Source of the DNA: Macrostomum hystrix
Taxonomy: Eukaryota > Animalia > Platyhelminthes
Reading direction: 5' to 3'
DNA length: 64,000 nt
Assembly (NCBI GenBank): GCA_950097015.1
Contig: CATNEN010000025.1
Location: 3,224,001-3,288,000 of the forward strand
Shown: positions 63,846 through 64,000 of the stretch, in pieces
Layout of the letters: the number at the start of each line of letters is the position of its first letter
How positions within the stretch are numbered: the stretch's first letter is position 1
The notes under the pieces: model-generated
The model's database searches: none
What the model was told of the DNA's origin: nothing
Seen by the model: the letters and a program-made list of their open reading frames with translations, nothing else
Program-made: the position numbers and the translations under genes

Positions 63846-64000
63846 TGTTTCATCTATCTCGTGTCTAATCTCTCCCGTGTCTAATCTCCCCCCTGTCTTA
63901 TCTCTCCCGTGTCTCATCTCTCTCGTGTCCCATCTTTCCTGTGTCTCATCTCTCCCGTGTCTAATCTCTCCCGTGTCTCATCCCTCCCCTATCTCATATT
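63845..64000. repeat. Degenerate minisatellite (GTGTCTAATCTCTCCC-like) running off the window
   Basis: Tandem units. Confidence 0.8.

Overview
Eukaryotic (metazoan) genomic DNA. GC-rich spliced exons sit in introns packed with unrelated minisatellites, which by my rough tally fill about 40-45% of the window. The style suggests a free-living flatworm such as Macrostomum, but that is inference only. Most long ORFs in the supplied track are repeat artefacts. Spliced genes I could rebuild by hand: (1) a Crypton/DUF3504-type tyrosine recombinase with one intron, flanked by related CCATAGAC palindromes; (2) a type II membrane DxD-family (Gly_transf_sug/OCH1-like) glycosyltransferase with a degenerate DxD motif; (3) a small secreted peptide-precursor candidate; (4) an anion-type Cys-loop receptor (GlyR/GluCl-like) whose 5' exons I could not find; (5) a PPEF/rdgC phosphatase; (6) an orphan MGCGSS-type acylated protein; (7) an OSBP-related protein of the ORP9/10/11 type on the minus strand. 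Also present are two families of tRNA-derived SINEs and one hAT end. The most notable signal is a tandem pair of identical minimal type I hammerhead ribozymes 336 bp apart. The complete copy lies between a Pol III A box and B box, resembling a retrozyme or Sm-alpha-like element. A second notable signal is one minisatellite in inverted orientation on both sides of the terminal PPEF exon. All coordinates were read by hand, and array boundaries are approximate.
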